From contig CAZELN010000003.1 of NCBI GenBank assembly GCA_964513275.1, positions 1-41,476 of the forward strand: a stretch of DNA of 41,476 nt, read 5' to 3'. This DNA is from an uncultured Gammaproteobacteria bacterium. Lineage in GTDB: Bacteria; Patescibacteriota; Patescibacteriia; UBA9934; GWF2-40-263. The notes below the pieces were generated by a model that made no database searches, was not told the origin of the DNA, and worked only from the letters and a program-made list of their open reading frames with translations. Made by a program: the position numbers and the translations under genes. Shown here piece after piece: positions 25,328 to 35,441 of this stretch. Positions within the stretch are counted from its first letter, which is position 1; each line of letters begins with the position of its first letter.

Positions 25328-26470
25328 ATGACACAACAGGCGCTCCAGACATCCGAATTCGAAACACTCATGACTGAAGGTGGATACCTGAATCTTCCCC
25401 AGGTGGGAGACGTCGTAAAAGGAACCGTGATCGGCACGGGTCGACGGGAAGTCCGCATCGACTTGGACGGCATTGCCACCGGGGTGGTCCGAGGAAAGGA
25501 ACTGTTTGCAGAATCCAACGAATACCAAAATATCGAGCCTGGCACGCACGTCGAGGCTACGGTCATGGAGTTAGAAAACGAGAATGGGGAAATCGAACTT
25601 TCCTTCCGCTTCGCTGGACAACAAAAAGCGTGGGAAGATATCCGCACCTTGTTTACGACCGGAGAAACCATCGATGTAAAAATTGTGGAGGCCAACAAAG
25701 GCGGACTTATTGTGCGAGTGGGAACCGTCGGCGGATTTCTTCCTGTGTCCCAACTCTCTCCCGACCACTATCCACGCGTGAGCGGCGGGGACAAAAATAA
25801 AATTTTGGAAAAGCTCAAAAGCTACGTCGGCATGAAGATGCAGGTACGTGTGATCGACGCCAACGAAGCTGATGAAAAGTTAATCGTCTCAGAAAAAGCC
25901 GTGTGGGAAGACCAGCAAAAAAATGTGCTTTCGCAATTTAAAGTAGGAAATACGGTTGAAGGTGAGGTGACCGCCCTGGCAGATTTTGGCGCGTTCATTA
26001 AGTTCGGCGCGCTGGAAGGGCTTGTTCATATTTCTGAAATCGCATGGCAACGAATCGACCATCCGCGCGATTTACTCAAGATCGGCCAAACCGTCAAAGC
26101 AGAAATCATCGGGATTGAAGGAAGCAAAATTTTCCTCTCCATGAAAAAACTCATACGTGACCCTTGGGAACATGTTTCTGAGCGATACAATGTCGGAGAC
26201 ATCGTTGAAGGAACCGTGCTCAAAGTAAATCCATTTGGATTTTTTGTGGAACTAGACACGGAAATCCACGGACTCGCCCATGTGTCAGAACTTTCGGATA
26301 AGCCCGTCTCGGATGTCACGCAGATTGGAAAAGAAGGCGAGCGGATGAAATTCAGAATCGTGTCGATTGAACCGCAGGAACATCGTCTAGGACTTTCCAT
26401 AAAGGCGTTAACACAGCAACCAGAAGCGGAACCCGCTCTTGAACCCACGCCAGAGGAATCAACCCAATAA
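25328..26470 (+). CDS. rpsA: 30S ribosomal protein S1 (four S1 domains)
   Basis: Four repeats of the S1 OB-fold pattern (GDVVKGTVIG..., GETIDVKIVE..., GNTVEGEVTALADFGAFIKF, GDIVEGTVLKVNPFGFFVEL). The start is moved to ATG 25328. Confidence 0.85.
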   Translation: MTQQALQTSEFETLMTEGGYLNLPQVGDVVKGTVIGTGRREVRIDLDGIATGVVRGKELFAESNEYQNIEPGTHVEATVMELENENGEIELSFRFAGQQKAWEDIRTLFTTGETIDVKIVEANKGGLIVRVGTVGGFLPVSQLSPDHYPRVSGGDKNKILEKLKSYVGMKMQVRVIDANEADEKLIVSEKAVWEDQQKNVLSQFKVGNTVEGEVTALADFGAFIKFGALEGLVHISEIAWQRIDHPRDLLKIGQTVKAEIIGIEGSKIFLSMKKLIRDPWEHVSERYNVGDIVEGTVLKVNPFGFFVELDTEIHGLAHVSELSDKPVSDVTQIGKEGERMKFRIVSIEPQEHRLGLSIKALTQQPEAEPALEPTPEESTQ

Positions 26471-26490
26471 CACGATCCACCGCCCTTTGT

Positions 26491-28311
26491 ATGAAACCCC
26501 TCTCAAAAAACATCATCTTCGCGCTCGTCGCCATCCTCCTCATCTCCGCTCTTTTTTCTGGCTATACACTCAACGGAAACAAACCAGAGGAAATCAGCAT
26601 GACCACACTTGTGGATGAAATCCAGCTGGAATCCGTGGAGCGCATTGACATCGAAGGAAGCGAAATAACCATCACGTTGACGGACGGCCGCACACAGAAG
26701 ACTCGTAAGGAGTCTTCTGTTTCCCTTTCCGAGGAGCTGATCAGTTATGGCATCACCTCCGATCAGCTGAAGGCTGCGGATATCACGGTCAAGGATCGTT
26801 CAACACGCTCCTATATTTTGGGCGTCATTCTCCCTTCGCTCCTCCCCTTATTCCTGCTGATCCTCATTTTTTGGTTCATGCTGCGCCAAATGCAAGGCGC
26901 CAACAACAAGGCGATGTCCTTTGGCATGAGCAACGCGCGTGAAATCAAAGACACCAAACAAAAAATTACCTTTGCGGACGTCGCGGGTGATAAAGAAGCA
27001 AAAGTCGAGCTTCAGGAAGTGGTTGAATTCTTAAAGAATCCAAAAAAGTTTTCTGACTTGGGTGCCAAACTCCCCAAAGGTCTCTTGCTGATGGGTCGTC
27101 CTGGAACGGGAAAAACACTCTTGGCTCGCGCGGTTGCCGGTGAAGCCGGTGTCCCGTTTTATCACCTCAGCGGATCGGAATTTGTCGAGATGTTCGTAGG
27201 AGTTGGCGCCAGTCGTGTCCGTGACCTGTTTGCGCGAGCAAAAAAATCCGCACCGTGCATTGTATTCATCGATGAAATAGACGCGGTTGGCCGGCAGCGC
27301 GGCGCCGGACTTGGCGGCTCCCATGATGAACGCGAGCAAACCCTCAACCAAATCTTGGTTGAGATGGACGGATTTGATCCTAACATTGGCGTGATCGTGA
27401 TTGCCGCGACCAACCGTCCCGATGTCCTTGACCCAGCCCTTTTACGCCCAGGTCGTTTTGACCGACGCGTCGTCCTAGACTTGCCCGATATTAACGACCG
27501 TGAGGCCATCCTTGCCATCCACGCCAAAAATAAACCCCTTGCCCCAGACGTAAACATCCGCCGGATTGCGGAGCGCACGCCAGGATTCTCCGGAGCGGAT
27601 CTCATGAACCTCTTGAACGAATCCGCCATCCGAGCCGCGCGGCGCAATGATAACAAGATTACGCAGGAGGACGCGCTTGATTCCATTGAAAAGGTTCTGT
27701 TGGGACCTGAGCGCAAAAGCTATGTCATGAACAAGGAGGAGAAAAAAGTTACGGCCTACCACGAAGCAGGACACGCTCTGGTTGCCCATCTGCTCCCCAA
27801 TTGTGATCCCGTGCACAAAGTCTCTATCATCTCCCGCGGCATGGCTGGCGGCTATACGCTCAAACTCCCTTCACAGGACAAGCGCCTGCACAAACGAGCG
27901 GAATTCATCGATGACATGGCCATGATGCTGGGCGGATTCGTCGCGGAAAAAGAAACCTTTGGTGATGTGACAACGGGTGCCTCGGATGATTTACGCAAAT
28001 GCACAGGTCTTGCCCGCGAAATCGTCACGCGCTACGGCATGAGTGAAACGCTTGGTCCGCGCGTATTCGGTGATAGCCAAGAGATGGTGTTCTTAGGTCG
28101 GGAAATCCACGAATCGCGAAATTACTCGGAAAAAACAGCCGAAGCAATCGACCAAGAAGTCGAAAAATTCGTGAATAGCGCCATGCAGACCGCTCGTGAT
28201 ATAATTCGCAAAGAAACATTGTCGCTGGACAAGATTGCGAAGAAACTTCTTGAAGAGGAAACGATTGAGAAAGAAGCGTTCGAGGCTCTGCTCGCCACCC
28301 CAGCGGCGTAA
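26491..28311 (+). CDS. ftsH: ATP-dependent zinc metalloprotease FtsH
   Basis: Two TM helices, AAA+ module [22 protein letters not shown] and [15 protein letters not shown], and zinc site HEAGHAL. Confidence 0.96.
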   Translation: MKPLSKNIIFALVAILLISALFSGYTLNGNKPEEISMTTLVDEIQLESVERIDIEGSEITITLTDGRTQKTRKESSVSLSEELISYGITSDQLKAADITVKDRSTRSYILGVILPSLLPLFLLILIFWFMLRQMQGANNKAMSFGMSNAREIKDTKQKITFADVAGDKEAKVELQEVVEFLKNPKKFSDLGAKLPKGLLLMGRPGTGKTLLARAVAGEAGVPFYHLSGSEFVEMFVGVGASRVRDLFARAKKSAPCIVFIDEIDAVGRQRGAGLGGSHDEREQTLNQILVEMDGFDPNIGVIVIAATNRPDVLDPALLRPGRFDRRVVLDLPDINDREAILAIHAKNKPLAPDVNIRRIAERTPGFSGADLMNLLNESAIRAARRNDNKITQEDALDSIEKVLLGPERKSYVMNKEEKKVTAYHEAGHALVAHLLPNCDPVHKVSIISRGMAGGYTLKLPSQDKRLHKRAEFIDDMAMMLGGFVAEKETFGDVTTGASDDLRKCTGLAREIVTRYGMSETLGPRVFGDSQEMVFLGREIHESRNYSEKTAEAIDQEVEKFVNSAMQTARDIIRKETLSLDKIAKKLLEEETIEKEAFEALLATPAA

Positions 28312-28328
28312 CGGTTCTCAAGGAGGAT

Positions 28329-29330
28329 ATGTCAGCAAAAAAATCTACAACGCTGTATCGCCCGTTTTTGCGTGACGCTTGGCGTCTCACCTGGGAGCGA
28401 AAAAGCTTGTGGATTTTTGGTATCTTCGCGGCGCTTATTTCTACCGGTGGTATTTTGGATGTGATGTGGCGATCGCTCCAACGTGTGGAACAGACGGAAT
28501 CGCTCCTCAAACGTCTTTCCGATGCTTCGTTCATCGGGTATGACGTGGCCGCAAGCTACTTCAATCAATTAGATGTTCTTGGCACACAACGAACGAGTTT
28601 CCTTCTTGTCGCCCTCACCTTGGCGGGAATGCTTCTGATCGTCATCGCCACCCTTTCCCAAGGAGCGCTTATCTTGGGCATTCGCTCACGCCTTCCCAAA
28701 GATCCACACGCCTTGCGCTGTGAAGCAGGAACGCACGCGTGGAGTCTTTTTCTCATCGCGGTTCTCAACAAACTTCTCATGCTGATCCTGACCGTACTCA
28801 TGACCCTCCCGCTCTTGCTTATCAGCGTCTCGACCAGTCTTCTCCATGGGATCTTGTTTTTTGTGCTCATGCTCGTATTTCTTCCCGCCACCCTCATCGT
28901 AAACATCATCTACATGTTGGCGTTGATGGACACGGTCGAAAACGGTTCCCGTCCGTTGGATGCTATCTACACAAGCGTACGGCTCTTCGCCAAACACTGG
29001 CTGGCGACATTTGAATACGCCACGATTCTCTTTTTGATCGTTCTGGGCGCCGGAGCCGTTTTTTTCCTCCCGCTCCTCTTATTGTTCATCCCCTACTCGG
29101 TGCTGTACGTTCTCATCCTCTCAAGCGGCTCGCTTTCCTTATTTCTGACGTTCAACGTCGTCTGGGCCTGTTTGATCCTTTCGCTCGTCCTGGCCTTCGG
29201 CGGCGCATGCGTCACCTTCCAGTACAGCGCCTGGTACAGCTTTTACAAACACAGTTTGCACAAGACACACGGAAAAAAAATCTTCTCGAAAATTCTACGA
29301 TTGGCGCAGATCCACTCGCTGGTAAAGTAA
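28329..29330 (+). CDS. Multi-pass membrane protein, function unknown
   Basis: AGGAGG lies 2 nt upstream of the ATG. About 7 hydrophobic helices. Confidence 0.65.
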   Translation: MSAKKSTTLYRPFLRDAWRLTWERKSLWIFGIFAALISTGGILDVMWRSLQRVEQTESLLKRLSDASFIGYDVAASYFNQLDVLGTQRTSFLLVALTLAGMLLIVIATLSQGALILGIRSRLPKDPHALRCEAGTHAWSLFLIAVLNKLLMLILTVLMTLPLLLISVSTSLLHGILFFVLMLVFLPATLIVNIIYMLALMDTVENGSRPLDAIYTSVRLFAKHWLATFEYATILFLIVLGAGAVFFLPLLLLFIPYSVLYVLILSSGSLSLFLTFNVVWACLILSLVLAFGGACVTFQYSAWYSFYKHSLHKTHGKKIFSKILRLAQIHSLVK

Positions 29331-29375
29331 CTATGATTCTTGGTAAACTAGAGACGAACATCTCTGGTTTTTGTT

Positions 29376-31118
29376 ATGCCCAATGATATCCAAAGCATCG
29401 AAGATCTCCTGAAGTACACAGGAGCAAACGCTGCCACGCAAGCTCCATCAAAACTTGGCGACCGTTCAGCCGTTGAGAAGTTTGAGGAGAAAATGCATGA
29501 CGTCCGTCTCAAAGAAAAAGAGATGGAGGCGCAGGCGCAGGCCAAGTCACTTGGAGTTCCCTATGTGAACCTGAAGGGATTTCCTATTTCTCCAGAAGCG
29601 CTGCGGCTCATTCCTCAAGATCGGGCGCAGGCCGCCAAAGTAGTCTGTTTTTTATTTACCGGCTCGGAAATTCGTCTGGCATCCCTCAATCCCAAAGATC
29701 GTGCTGTCACAGATCTCTTGTTTGAACTCCAAGAACGACATAAAGCCAATGGTGGCGTGTACCATATTTCCGAAGAAAGTTACCGCGTCGCCATCAAAGC
29801 GTACGATACGCTTCCCAAAATAAAGGAGGTCGTGAAAGGGGTGAAGGTGACGGACGAAGAACTCGAAAAATTTAAGAGCCAATTGACCCAGTACGCCGAT
29901 ATCCAAAAAGTGATGAGTCACGCGAGTGTCACGGACATCATGACGATCATCATGGCTGCGGGACTCCAATTTGGAACCAGCGACGTGCACGTGGAAGCTG
30001 AGCAGGAAAAAATCGCCGTGCGCTTCCGTATCGACGGCGTGCTTCAGGACGTTGCGTCCCTCCCCCACGATTTTTGGAAAAAAATTGTGGCACGCATCAA
30101 GCTCATCTCAGGTCTCAAAATCAACGTCACGGATCGTCCCCAAGATGGCCGTTTTACGATCTTCCTCAAAGAGGGAGATCCAGACGTGCGCGTCTCGACG
30201 ATTCCCACCACTTGGGGCGAATCCGTCGTGATGCGCATTTTGAAACCAGGATCGATCAACGTGGAATTTGAGCAGCTTGGGTATCGACCTCTAGCTGCCG
30301 CAAAACTCCTCAAAGAAATCCAAAAACCTCATGGCATGATCATGACGACCGGACCAACAGGATCGGGAAAAACGACCACGCTCTACGCCATCTTGCGCAA
30401 ACTCAACACGCCTGACGTCAAAATCATTACGCTTGAGGATCCCATCGAATACAAACTGGGAGGCATCAACCAATCTCAAATCGACCATTCCAAAAACTAT
30501 ACGTTCGCCGGAGGGCTGCGATCGATCTTGCGCCAAGATCCCGACATCGTCATGGTGGGAGAAATTCGTGACCTTGAAACGGCCGAAGTCGCAATCAACG
30601 CGGCGCTCACCGGTCACTTGATGCTCTCCACACTCCACACCAACGACGCGGCTGGCGCGATTCCCCGCTTTATCTCCATGGGCGTAAAACCGTTTCTGCT
30701 TGCCCCGTCGCTCAACGCGATTATTGGACAGCGGTTGGTACGCAAAGTCTGCCAAGCTTGCAAGGAAGAAATACTTCTTGCGCCAGAGGAACTCACCTTC
30801 GTCAAAAAAGTCGTTTCAGAAATCCCAGAAGCATCCGGAGAAAAAGCCCTGCCAGAATCCGCATGGAAATTTTACAAAGGCAAGGGATGTTCTGTTTGCA
30901 ATGGCACGGGATACAAAGGACGAGTCGGTATTTACGAAATTTTAACCATGAGCGAGGAGATCAAGGCATCCTTGTCCGAATCCATCTCTGAATACCAGGT
31001 TCGCCAGCTCGCCAAACAACAAGGGATGACGACCATGCAACAAGATGGAATCTTAAAAGTTCTCGATGGACTCACGACCGTGGAAGAAATCCTCAGCGTG
31101 GCAGGGGAAGGAGAGTAA
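29376..31118 (+). CDS. pilB: Type IV pilus / type II secretion assembly ATPase (GspE/PilB family)
   Basis: Walker A GPTGSGKTTT, Asp box, Walker B DIVMVGEIRD, His box TGHLMLSTLHTN and a tetracysteine CQAC...CSVCNGTGYKGRVGIYE. Confidence 0.9.
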   Translation: MPNDIQSIEDLLKYTGANAATQAPSKLGDRSAVEKFEEKMHDVRLKEKEMEAQAQAKSLGVPYVNLKGFPISPEALRLIPQDRAQAAKVVCFLFTGSEIRLASLNPKDRAVTDLLFELQERHKANGGVYHISEESYRVAIKAYDTLPKIKEVVKGVKVTDEELEKFKSQLTQYADIQKVMSHASVTDIMTIIMAAGLQFGTSDVHVEAEQEKIAVRFRIDGVLQDVASLPHDFWKKIVARIKLISGLKINVTDRPQDGRFTIFLKEGDPDVRVSTIPTTWGESVVMRILKPGSINVEFEQLGYRPLAAAKLLKEIQKPHGMIMTTGPTGSGKTTTLYAILRKLNTPDVKIITLEDPIEYKLGGINQSQIDHSKNYTFAGGLRSILRQDPDIVMVGEIRDLETAEVAINAALTGHLMLSTLHTNDAAGAIPRFISMGVKPFLLAPSLNAIIGQRLVRKVCQACKEEILLAPEELTFVKKVVSEIPEASGEKALPESAWKFYKGKGCSVCNGTGYKGRVGIYEILTMSEEIKASLSESISEYQVRQLAKQQGMTTMQQDGILKVLDGLTTVEEILSVAGEGE

Positions 31119-31524
31119 TCGAATGAACATCGCCTTGTGTCAAAAATTGAATGCGATACAAGGGCTGAAAAATACGTCCTTGCGCGTTCTCCGGCCACTC
31201 AATGAACGTCACGGTATCCGCACGACCAACTTCCTCTTCTAAGGCAAGCGGCAAAATCTCTGACGGATCTTCGATGCGGTAAAAATCGACGTGGAGAATT
31301 TGTTTGATCTTTGCGTGATCGACGGGATACCGATTCACGATGGTAAACGACGGACTGCGCACCGGCTCGTGGAACCCAAACGCTTCAGCCACACCACGCA
31401 CAAAGGTCGTCTTGCCACTTCCGAGCTCGCCCTGCAAGAACACAACTTCTCCCCCATTGAGCAGAGAAGTGAACTCTGCGGCAATTTTTTTTGTTTCCTC
31501 TTCGGTACGTGTTGTGTGTGTCAT
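31093..31524 (-). CDS. tsaE: tRNA t6A37 biosynthesis protein TsaE
   Basis: VVFLQGELGSGKTTFVRGVAEAFG P-loop and HVDFYR. The start is moved to ATG 31524, 1 nt after the tsaD stop. The 3' end overlaps pilB by 26 nt (convergent). Confidence 0.85.
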   Translation of the reverse strand: MTHTTRTEEETKKIAAEFTSLLNGGEVVFLQGELGSGKTTFVRGVAEAFGFHEPVRSPSFTIVNRYPVDHAKIKQILHVDFYRIEDPSEILPLALEEEVGRADTVTFIEWPENAQGRIFQPLYRIQFLTQGDVHSITLLPLPR

Positions 31525-31525
31525 A

Positions 31526-32566
31526 TCAAACGAGTCGCAGGTTTGGATCCGCCTTGAGTGTGAGCGGATCAACGAACTCTCCACGGCACGCCTTCATGAG
31601 TCCTGCCGCGCCGATCATCGCCGCATTGTCTCCTGTCAGTGAAAGATCGGGGGCATGAAACGTGATCGATGGAAGGTACTTGGAAAGTTGTGACTTGAGT
31701 GTCTCGCGCAAATGACGGTCGGCCGAAACACCACCCGAGAGAATCACGGAAGATGGGTGAGTCTTCTCAACGGCATCGAGCGTTTTCGCCACAAAAACAT
31801 CCACGACGGCCTGAAGGAAACTTGCTGAAATGTCTGCAATGGCAACCCCCCTTAATCCCCCCTTGGGAAGGGGGGAGACCTTGTCGAGGTACACGCGCAC
31901 GGCGGTTTTCAATCCTGCAAAGCTAACATCCAAATCTCCGGAGTCAATCATAGGGCGAGGGAAGTTGATCGCCGCAGGATTTCCATCGCGAGCGGCTTTT
32001 GAAATGTGTGGGCCACCCGGATACGGCATTCCCAAAAGCTTGGCGACTTTATCAAATGCCTCTCCCGCGGCATCGTCCCGTGTCATACCTAACAATTCGT
32101 ACTGCCCGTGACCGCGCATAAGGATCAATTCGGTGTGGCCGCCAGAGACAAGCAAAGACAACGCTGGAAATCGTGGCGTCTCATGAGGAGTCCCAGATGA
32201 GAGCCACACAGAATAGATATGTCCCTCAAGATGGTTCACGGCGACGAGTGGCTTCTTCCACACCCACGCGAGCGTTTTCGCCAGCTCGACCCCCACCCGC
32301 AGCGCAGGCACTAATCCCGGTCCTGCGGTCACAGCAATCGCATTGATCCCCGCTCCATCATGGGCGACTCCAACCCCTTGCAAGAGCGGTGTAATCCACG
32401 CCGCGTGCTCACGCGCCGCCACCTCGGGAACCACACCGCCATACTGGGCATGAATCTTGGCTTGGGAAGAAGTAAGATTCTGTTCGATCGTAAAAACGCC
32501 GTCTGCGAGAGAGACTACGGCGATGGATGTTTCGTCACAACTGGTTTCAATGGCTAATACACGCAT
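31526..32566 (-). CDS. tsaD: tRNA N6-adenosine threonylcarbamoyltransferase TsaD
   Basis: MRVLAIETSCDETSIAVV, VNHLEGHIYS, LLVSGGHTEL and SFAGLKTAV. The start is moved to ATG 32566. Confidence 0.93.
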   Translation of the reverse strand: MRVLAIETSCDETSIAVVSLADGVFTIEQNLTSSQAKIHAQYGGVVPEVAAREHAAWITPLLQGVGVAHDGAGINAIAVTAGPGLVPALRVGVELAKTLAWVWKKPLVAVNHLEGHIYSVWLSSGTPHETPRFPALSLLVSGGHTELILMRGHGQYELLGMTRDDAAGEAFDKVAKLLGMPYPGGPHISKAARDGNPAAINFPRPMIDSGDLDVSFAGLKTAVRVYLDKVSPLPKGGLRGVAIADISASFLQAVVDVFVAKTLDAVEKTHPSSVILSGGVSADRHLRETLKSQLSKYLPSITFHAPDLSLTGDNAAMIGAAGLMKACRGEFVDPLTLKADPNLRLV

Positions 32567-32600
32567 ATCTCTAGAGAGAACTGACCTCATAGACCTCTGC

Positions 32601-32626
32601 AATGAAAATGCCCCGCTTTGCAGGGC
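32601..32626 (-). terminator. Terminator after the nucleotidyltransferase gene
   Basis: GCCCTGC-aaa-GCGGGGC hairpin on the - strand (one mismatch), followed by ATTTTCATT. Confidence 0.45.
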
Positions 32627-32640
32627 CGTGAAGTGAGCGG

Positions 32641-33516
32641 TCAAGCCGCACAGGATGTCGCCCTTTTGATGAGGGAGACCGCGCGAGAAAGGAGGCGAAG
32701 GCTCACGCGAAAGTTCTCCGCAATGAGATCCCCAACTTTGCGTAGGTATCGATCCCGTCGCTGGGTTGGCCTATGCGCACGGGCAAGAAGCTCGTCGTAC
32801 TCCCAGTCAATCGCGAGAAGCTGCCGGTAATCGGCGTGCAACACGGCGAAGGCATCCTCCGCCAGAAAGTCGGCAACGACTTCCGCCTTACCGTCGCTTT
32901 CGAGCGATCCTCGCAACCACCAGAGCAGACGTCGCCCGATGGTAATGTGCACGCGCAACGGTCGAACCACTCGCCCCCAATTGCTCAGAAGCCAGGACTC
33001 GACCGCGTTGGAATCCGCCTGTCTGGCAAAGAAGACATGGGCTCGAACACGCGTGCTGCGCAGTTTGTGCTCGAGCTTCTCCACCATTTCGCGTTGGACA
33101 GAGCTCCCGGTGGGAAGACGGAAGCACAGACCCAACGGCACTCCCACGGAGAATAGTGTCTCCTCACGCGGAAACGTTTGGAGATAGGACGGCCCGTAGA
33201 CATGACGTCCCAGGCGTGCGTCCGAGGCGCTCCACAGACGTGAATCCAATGGAACAGCACTGGTACAGGCCACTCGTAGGAAGTACCGCTCGAGCTCTTG
33301 CGCCCGATCGAACTGCCTGTCTAGCGCAACGAGGATAAGATCCAGGTCGCTGCGATGATGGAGATCACCGCGCGCAAGCGAACCGACGAATGCGGCCCCC
33401 TTGAAAACCCGTTCACGAGAAGCGATTCCGAGGATGCGTCCAGCAACCTCCCCGAAGTCGTCCACACGCGGGACAAAGCCCTGGCGAACGAATCGCCAGG
33501 GAAGGATCATTCCCAT
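32641..33516 (-). CDS. Pol-beta-superfamily nucleotidyltransferase with a helical C-terminal domain of about 200 aa
   Basis: FVGSLARGDLHHRSDLDLILV matches the G[SG]x9-13Dx[DE] NTase signature. GGAGG lies 5 nt upstream of ATG 33516. GC-rich. Confidence 0.7.
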   Translation of the reverse strand: MGMILPWRFVRQGFVPRVDDFGEVAGRILGIASRERVFKGAAFVGSLARGDLHHRSDLDLILVALDRQFDRAQELERYFLRVACTSAVPLDSRLWSASDARLGRHVYGPSYLQTFPREETLFSVGVPLGLCFRLPTGSSVQREMVEKLEHKLRSTRVRAHVFFARQADSNAVESWLLSNWGRVVRPLRVHITIGRRLLWWLRGSLESDGKAEVVADFLAEDAFAVLHADYRQLLAIDWEYDELLARAHRPTQRRDRYLRKVGDLIAENFRVSLRLLSRAVSLIKRATSCAA

Positions 33517-33657
33517 GGCAACCTCCGAGCATGTGTTGCTTCACAACCACGTAGACACCTCCGCGGGAGCACGGTACCCTGACAGGGACCAGAACATCGA
33601 CTCGACACTGCGACTGTACGAAGATTTCCCTCAGTCGTCAAGATAGATAGCTCACGT

Positions 33658-34689
33658 GTGACTGAACTGACATTCCAAACCTTTACCAGACTCCATGGCA
33701 TGCTCAAAGAGCTGTATGACATGAAGTCCATTGTTGATCTGCGTTCTATCGGCGGTGGATTCACGACGGAAAATTTTATATTTTCTGATGGCCGTGGCAC
33801 GTTCTTCCTCAAACGCTACAACACCACGGACACGAGACGCATTCACGATATCGCTAGTGCCTATGATCGATTTGCTCGTGGCGGGATCCCTGTCATCCAA
33901 CCTATAAAAACGAATCAAGGGGAATCTTGTTTTTTCTTAGACGACGCGTGGTGGGGCGTTTTTCCGTTTGTAGACGGAAACTCAAGACAATCAAAAGAAT
34001 TGACCTTCAACGAAGTAGGCGAACTTGGGAGGATGCTTGGACACATACATCGCGTAGGTCAATCGTGTCCAAAAAACGATATCCAACCCATGGCTTTGTG
34101 GAATAAAGAAATTTTCACCTCGGAAAAGCATCTTCTTGAATATGCGTTTGAGCATCTTGAAAACCCGCGGGAAGTGGACGCGATGGCGATCGGTAATATC
34201 CGCATTCAAGACTCATTTCTCACCCAGCATGCAGTGTTTATGGCAAACCTGCGTCCAGCTAACGACTGTTTGATCCATGGTGATTTCACGCACAATAATA
34301 TTTTTTGGGATACGTCAGGTCGTATTCACGCCGTGTTTGACTTAGACAAAACATGCGTTGCCTCGCGTGCCTATGAACTTGCTCGTAGCACGCTGATCAT
34401 CTGTTTTGACCATGCGTGGAACAAAACAAGTTTTGCTCTCGCGCAGGCATTTATCCAATCGTATCTGACGACTCATCCAATGGACTTTGAGGAATTCCGC
34501 ACCGGACTCGATATCTATATCGCAAACTACATGCACATGACCTGGTTGGAAAGAAAAATTATCCTGAACAAATCCCTTCGTCACGAGGAGATCCTCCGTT
34601 CCTCACAGATGCGTGTAAACCATTTGGCAACGGAATTTGAAACATTGGCAGAACGACTTTTTCCTCCAAACAACAGACACAACCGTTGA
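33658..34689 (+). CDS. APH/choline-kinase-family phosphotransferase (homoserine kinase II / aminoglycoside kinase-like)
   Basis: Brenner motif CLIHGDFTHNNIFWD followed by VFDLDK. N-lobe FFLKRY. The start is GTG 33658 or ATG 33700. Confidence 0.75.
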   Translation: MTELTFQTFTRLHGMLKELYDMKSIVDLRSIGGGFTTENFIFSDGRGTFFLKRYNTTDTRRIHDIASAYDRFARGGIPVIQPIKTNQGESCFFLDDAWWGVFPFVDGNSRQSKELTFNEVGELGRMLGHIHRVGQSCPKNDIQPMALWNKEIFTSEKHLLEYAFEHLENPREVDAMAIGNIRIQDSFLTQHAVFMANLRPANDCLIHGDFTHNNIFWDTSGRIHAVFDLDKTCVASRAYELARSTLIICFDHAWNKTSFALAQAFIQSYLTTHPMDFEEFRTGLDIYIANYMHMTWLERKIILNKSLRHEEILRSSQMRVNHLATEFETLAERLFPPNNRHNR

Positions 34690-34740
34690 CAAAACGTCAC
34701 TTGGAACGTAGCCTAACCGCGGTCATTCAAAGGAGGATCA

Positions 34741-35376
34741 ATGTCCTGTCTGGTGTTGTCCCAAACAAGTCCACTTGCCCGTGTCCTCGTCTCGCGCCTG
34801 CGCAACAAGCAAACCAGACCACCGGCGTTTCGTGAGGCCGTCCACCAACTAAGCCTATTGCTCGCCACCAAGGCAGCCGACCATCTCTGCTTTGAGGATG
34901 TCCTCGTGAAAACTCCTCTGGAGGAAACCATTGGTACGATCATCCGAAGCCCGGCTGTCCTCGTGCCCATCATGCGCTCAGGCTCGGGCATGCTGCCCGC
35001 GTTCCAAACCTTCCTCCCCGGTGCTCTGGTCTGGCATGTCTCCATGAGCCGAGACGAAGAGACACTCGAACCAAACCTCACTGGTTCCAAGATCCCGCAC
35101 AGAACCAGGTCACGCGCTCGTGTTCACTTCGTGCTCGACCCCATGCTCGCGACCGGCGGAAGTGCCAGCCTCGCCATCCAGCAGCTCAAGAAAGCAGGAG
35201 CGAGAACGATCGTCTTCGTCGGCATCTTCGGCGCTCCCGAAGGGGTCGATCAACTCCAGTGTGACCACCCGGACGTCCCCGTGATCCTCGCGGTCGTCGA
35301 CCGTTCGCTCAACAAGCGCGGCTTCATCCAGCCCGGCTGCGGCGACGCCGGAGACCGCCAATTCCCGACCAAGTAG
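34741..35376 (+). CDS. upp: Uracil phosphoribosyltransferase
   Basis: Collinear with E. coli Upp: VLVPIMRSGSGM, SRDEETLEP, VLDPMLATGGSA and GFIQPGCGDAGDRQF. AAGGAGG lies 4 nt upstream. Confidence 0.9.
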   Translation: MSCLVLSQTSPLARVLVSRLRNKQTRPPAFREAVHQLSLLLATKAADHLCFEDVLVKTPLEETIGTIIRSPAVLVPIMRSGSGMLPAFQTFLPGALVWHVSMSRDEETLEPNLTGSKIPHRTRSRARVHFVLDPMLATGGSASLAIQQLKKAGARTIVFVGIFGAPEGVDQLQCDHPDVPVILAVVDRSLNKRGFIQPGCGDAGDRQFPTK

Positions 35377-35418
35377 CCGGACGACCTCGCTATCACGCGA
35401 GGTTTTACTATTCAAAAA

Positions 35419-35441
35419 CGGAGCCGAGGCTCCGCTTTTTT
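35419..35441. terminator. Bidirectional terminator between upp and typA
   Basis: CGGAGCC-ga-GGCTCCG, followed by CTTTTTT on the + strand and TTTTTG on the - strand. Confidence 0.7.

Noticed and set aside
31857-31875. Perfect G/C hairpin CCCCCCTT-ggg-AAGGGGGG inside tsaD
   Set aside because: It lies within the variable linker of TsaD (encoding SPLPKGGLRG), which has normal length compared with E. coli TsaD. There is no flanking T-tract or repeat copy, so it is probably incidental.
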